Below, one piece after another: positions 60,820 through 64,000 of a stretch of 64,000 nt of DNA. Source of the stretch: a virus; IMG/VR virus record IMGVR_UViG_3300032236_000463, positions 2,837 to 66,836 of that record; one strand, given 5' to 3'. The notes below the pieces were generated by a model that ran no database searches, was not told where the DNA came from, and was given only the letters and a program-made list of their open reading frames with translations. Positions within the stretch are counted from its first letter, which is position 1. Each line of letters starts with the position of its first letter. A program made the position numbers and the translations under genes.

Positions 60820-62169
60820 TTATCCTTTCACTAATTGTTCGATGTTAGCCTTGTAAGTATCCACTACTAACTGGATAGGTGCTTGTTCCGCCATTGGGAA
60901 AGTATTGACGTATGAGTACATCGCGTAATCAATACCTAAGTTATTAATGTTTTTCTGGAACGCTACCAGTGAGCGAGTAGAGATAGGTGTACTAATCTCG
61001 TCCTGCTCGAAACGGTCACGCAACTGCCCAGCCATTTCTCTAATAGCCTTGTTAGGGATTAGTTCCTTTTCGATATCCGCATCGTATGGGAAGTACAACT
61101 GGTGAGCGAAACGGTCACTAAATGCTTCGTTAAGTTCACGAGTACCACGATAGGTAGGGTTCATATCTGCGATGATGAGCAAGTCCTTATGAGCCTTGAT
61201 AACCTCGCCGTCCTTGTCCATTAATTGAATCTCGCGCCTATCATCTAACAGGCTGAACAGTACTGTGCTTACGCGCTCTGGCATAAAGTTCACCTCATTA
61301 AGAAGTAACACTCCACCGTTGCGTACCAAGTCTGTTACTGCACCGTCCTGCCAGCAAAAGTGACCGTCAGATGTAGGGTTATGCTTACCGAATAACTGGC
61401 TTGGTTCTACTCCAATGTGGTTAGATACGTTGTAGTAACGAAGTCCACGCGCAGATGCGTATGCCATGACTGACATAGTTTTGCCTGAACCTGCATGACC
61501 TTTGATTAGTACATTCTGGTGCTCGCGCATAGCAGTATCGAATACGTCAAACTCTGTTAAGCCTGCTACTTTACGATGAATATATTCCTGTGACCACTTG
61601 ATATCTGGAACACTTGCCAAGTCCATTATTGGTGCGGAACCTGCAAATACTGGTTCTCTTACTGTAACAGGCTGATTAGTAGATACTACTGGTGTAGGTT
61701 CTACTGACTCCTGCACAGAATCGGAAATCGGGGTAAGGCTAATAGTCTTATTAGTCATACGCTTATCTACAAGATAGGTAGCAAGATTGATATTATCGCC
61801 ACGTTCAAGAGCATCTACTAAGCCTGCTACTACTACCGCATGGTTATCCTCGTCCTTGTTAGAAAGAGGATTCATATTATCTGTATGTGCAGTAATAGCC
61901 TTGATAGCAATAGGTGTAATCTTGCCATATTGAATAGCAACTTCATCATTAGCAGTAAGACGAATAGCAACTGGCTTGAATATTACTTCTGTACTAGGTA
62001 GCACGAGACTATCTGATACAGGTTTCCAAGCATCTGCACGACCACGACTACCTGTTGATACTCGGTGATATACATCTACTTTATTGGCAGTAGGATTAGG
62101 TACAATTAGTGTCTGTTCCAAACCTAAGCCGTCATTATTTGGGCTTTCTACGAATAGCGCAATAGTCAT
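60820..62169 (-). CDS. MoxR/CbbQ-family AAA+ ATPase with N-terminal extension
   Basis: GHAGSGKT, WQDG.VT, LLLNEVN, MNP.Y.GT.ELNEAF.DRF, ISTRSL. ATG 62169 preferred over GTG 62178 given the AAAGGAAG RBS spacing. Confidence 0.9.
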   Translation of the reverse strand: MTIALFVESPNNDGLGLEQTLIVPNPTANKVDVYHRVSTGSRGRADAWKPVSDSLVLPSTEVIFKPVAIRLTANDEVAIQYGKITPIAIKAITAHTDNMNPLSNKDEDNHAVVVAGLVDALERGDNINLATYLVDKRMTNKTISLTPISDSVQESVEPTPVVSTNQPVTVREPVFAGSAPIMDLASVPDIKWSQEYIHRKVAGLTEFDVFDTAMREHQNVLIKGHAGSGKTMSVMAYASARGLRYYNVSNHIGVEPSQLFGKHNPTSDGHFCWQDGAVTDLVRNGGVLLLNEVNFMPERVSTVLFSLLDDRREIQLMDKDGEVIKAHKDLLIIADMNPTYRGTRELNEAFSDRFAHQLYFPYDADIEKELIPNKAIREMAGQLRDRFEQDEISTPISTRSLVAFQKNINNLGIDYAMYSYVNTFPMAEQAPIQLVVDTYKANIEQLVKG

Positions 62170-62260
62170 ATGCGCCACTTCCTTTCGTTAGTGGCTGTTG
62201 CTCCTTGCAACAACCTGATAAATAAAATATAACACATTAAACTGACAGACCGACAACCTC

Positions 62261-62280
62261 GCTCATTCTAATTAACCTAA
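62261..62280 (-). repeat. 20-bp direct repeat, copy 1 (minus strand TTAGGTTAATTAGAATGAGC), upstream of an early promoter
   Basis: Identical copy at 63972-63991; 12-bp core at 62593-62604. Confidence 0.85.
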
Positions 62281-62399
62281 GCAAAATAATAAGGCTTATA
62301 TCATACTTCTAACGAATAGTCAATAGCGCGCGCCTAGAAAAATAATCGGGGTTTTACTAATTCCACCACCAATCATATAAAAGAATAGATAAGAGTATA

Positions 62400-62723
62400 G
62401 TGTAGGACTCTCTCTCTCTTGCCCCTGCCTGTTATCATATATCTCTCTGCGACCAGTAGTCTCTCGTCTGGTCACGCGAGCAGTCACAGGCTCTCTCTCT
62501 CATTACAGTAGCCTAAACAGGCTTATTACTATCTCTCTCTCCACTGGCGTAGTCTACACTATGGCTCTCTCTTCACCGTAGACTTGACGCACTCTAATTA
62601 ACCTTGTTTGTGTTGGCTGTATATTGCTGATGCTGCGCTAGCAGCACATTCAAGCCGTTTAGCAGCAATATACAGCCAACACAAACAAAACAGCCCTGCT
62701 AGCAGATTGCTAGCAGGGCTGTT
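62400..62723. ncRNA. Candidate structured non-coding RNA / regulatory region with (CT)n tracts and a long inverted repeat
   Basis: No ORF; six CT tracts; + strand -10 boxes at 62396 and 62430; 26-bp inverted repeat at 62604-62688. Confidence 0.4.
62689..62723 (-). terminator. Terminator after 62735-63205 (possibly bidirectional)
   Basis: AACAGCCCTGCTAGCA-gat-TGCTAGCAGGGCTGTT with a T-rich tail on the minus strand. Confidence 0.85.
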
Positions 62724-62734
62724 AAGGACTTGAT

Positions 62735-63205
62735 TTACCAAGAGGCTTGGTAGAGGAAGGCTTCAGAACCACTATTAAGGGCTCTATCTAGGATTTCAAT
62801 GGTCTCTACTAGACTTCCGTAGTAGTATTCATCATAATCCGTACCCCCGAAAAAGAAACCTGACTGTGTAGGTAGTAATTCCTCAGCCTTTTCAGGGTTT
62901 TCTATTACATTTTGGCATATATCACGCAGTTCTTGTAGTTTATATAGCGGTACACCAATAGGCTGGCACTCGTCTACACCGTCTGCCAGTTCTTTTACGA
63001 ACCAATTGTGGATGTGATTGGCTTTGCGCCAGTACCCAACAGGTAGTTCAATGGTTAAACCCGACCAACCGTTAGGCTCAACCTTGTGATTAAAGTCAAG
63101 AACGTTGATAACATTAGAAAACTTCTGGTTTTCAATGGCTTGACCGTCTTTATAATCGTTACGACTTACATATTCTCTTGCACTTAAATACATATCTAGA
63201 CCCAT
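62735..63205 (-). CDS. Conserved phage protein (MGLDMYL family)
   Basis: MGLDMYL...YWRKANHIHNWF...LLPT.SGFFFG...Y.ASW; AAAGGAG RBS. Confidence 0.85.
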   Translation of the reverse strand: MGLDMYLSAREYVSRNDYKDGQAIENQKFSNVINVLDFNHKVEPNGWSGLTIELPVGYWRKANHIHNWFVKELADGVDECQPIGVPLYKLQELRDICQNVIENPEKAEELLPTQSGFFFGGTDYDEYYYGSLVETIEILDRALNSGSEAFLYQASW

Positions 63206-63248
63206 TTTAGTACTCCTTTTTGTAGCGGGCTAATATTAGTTTTATTAA

Positions 63249-63374
63249 GAGTGTAAGGCACAGGACCAACAACGAAACCTATGCCCTACACTCCCCGAAA
63301 GGCGAGTAGGTAGGGGACAGAAACCCTACCTACCCTCATTTGCTAGGAACAACTAAGTCCAAAACTCCTAGCAA
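63249..63374 (-). ncRNA. Three tandem long-stem hairpins with U-rich loops in an intergenic leader
   Basis: Stems at 63339-63374, 63305-63334 and 63249-63293; mismatches on the + strand are G.U pairs on the minus strand. Confidence 0.55.
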
Positions 63375-63381
63375 GCCTGTT

Positions 63382-63876
63382 TTACTCTACTTCCGTAGCA
63401 GTAAAGGTCAATTCATCGGCGATATCGAAATGGTAACCTAACTCAACATCATTTACGTCACCGCACCAGCCACTAATACCGCAAGTAATATTAACGCTTG
63501 CACTATTCATCTCGATTTGGTCACGAACCTGCTGGATTGCATCGTCATCGTCGTCTGCTTCAAGTGTTACCTCAAAAAGAACGTCCCAATTGTAGGAGAC
63601 TTCGACTTCGTACATGGTAGGGAATAACTTATCCCAAGCGTAACCTAATTCACTACCCACTTCTTGAAAAATGCGGTTTGCTGTGTCCTTAGTCATGCTG
63701 TGTTCACTTACTTCAGTCTCTAGAACCTTAACTAAAGTATTACGGAAATTACCAGTTAATTCAATGGTAGTATTTCTACGCGTATCAGAACGAATAGATT
63801 CTAACTGACTAACTATAACTTCGTGCATTGTCTCGTTATTGTCTTGCGGTATTTCTTGAGGCGTATCGTTTTCCAC
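63382..63876 (-). CDS. Acidic hypothetical protein
   Basis: 164 aa, GTG start with GAAAGGTAGG RBS. Confidence 0.75.
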   Translation of the reverse strand: MENDTPQEIPQDNNETMHEVIVSQLESIRSDTRRNTTIELTGNFRNTLVKVLETEVSEHSMTKDTANRIFQEVGSELGYAWDKLFPTMYEVEVSYNWDVLFEVTLEADDDDDAIQQVRDQIEMNSASVNITCGISGWCGDVNDVELGYHFDIADELTFTATEVE

Positions 63877-63971
63877 GATAACTACCTACCTTTCGTGTTG
63901 TATCAGGGACTCTCTTTCCCTGACTTGGTTTCACCAGTCTATAACAATCTCTTTCTCTCACCGAGCACTTG

Positions 63972-63991
63972 GCTCATTCTAATTAACCTAA
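63972..63991 (-). repeat. 20-bp direct repeat, copy 2
   Basis: Identical to 62261-62280. Confidence 0.85.
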
Positions 63992-64000
63992 AAGTTTGTG

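Noticed and set aside
63249-63374. Tandem hairpins as a CRISPR- or TIGR-like guide array
   Set aside because: The stems share no repeated sequence beyond UAGG/CCU, spacing is irregular, and no cognate effector is recognisable. Kept only as a hairpin family.
1-64000. Alternative genetic code (stop-codon reassignment)
   Set aside because: Conserved genes are full length under the standard code, and TAA, TAG and TGA all end genes at sensible coupled junctions.

Overview
This window is a 64-kb segment of a large, AT-rich tailed dsDNA phage with a contractile (myovirus-type) tail. The host is most likely an Actinobacterium, inferred from WhiB, a ClgR-like regulator, DUF732-like and MSMEG_6728-like genes, and apparently leaderless transcripts. 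The + strand carries, in order: a tail/baseplate module (1-23.1 kb); a replication and recombination module with two tRNAs (23.2-41 kb: DnaC-like, DnaB, DnaG, SNF2, SSB, PolA, RecA, resolvases, WhiB, Cas4-like, SpoVS); a run of small Pro/Gly/Lys-rich orphan ORFs (43-48 kb); a nucleotidyltransferase / glycosyltransferase / HAD-like / TGT-like cluster; and a class II ribonucleotide reductase. A bidirectional terminator at about 55.05 kb separates this arm from a convergent minus-strand arm of probable early genes (ClgR-like HTH, DUF1599, pyrimidine-dimer glycosylase, MoxR + VWA/HEXXH pair). I recognised no capsid, portal, terminase or integrase genes here. The most unusual signals are non-coding: (i) five long-stem hairpins with anti-Shine-Dalgarno-like pyrimidine loops; (ii) a ~320-nt intergenic element with six (CT)n tracts complementary to a (GA)n motif upstream of early genes; (iii) a probable +1 frameshift in the tail chaperone; and (iv) a repeated 20-bp early-promoter element. 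All protein calls come from motif recognition by eye; no database search was run.
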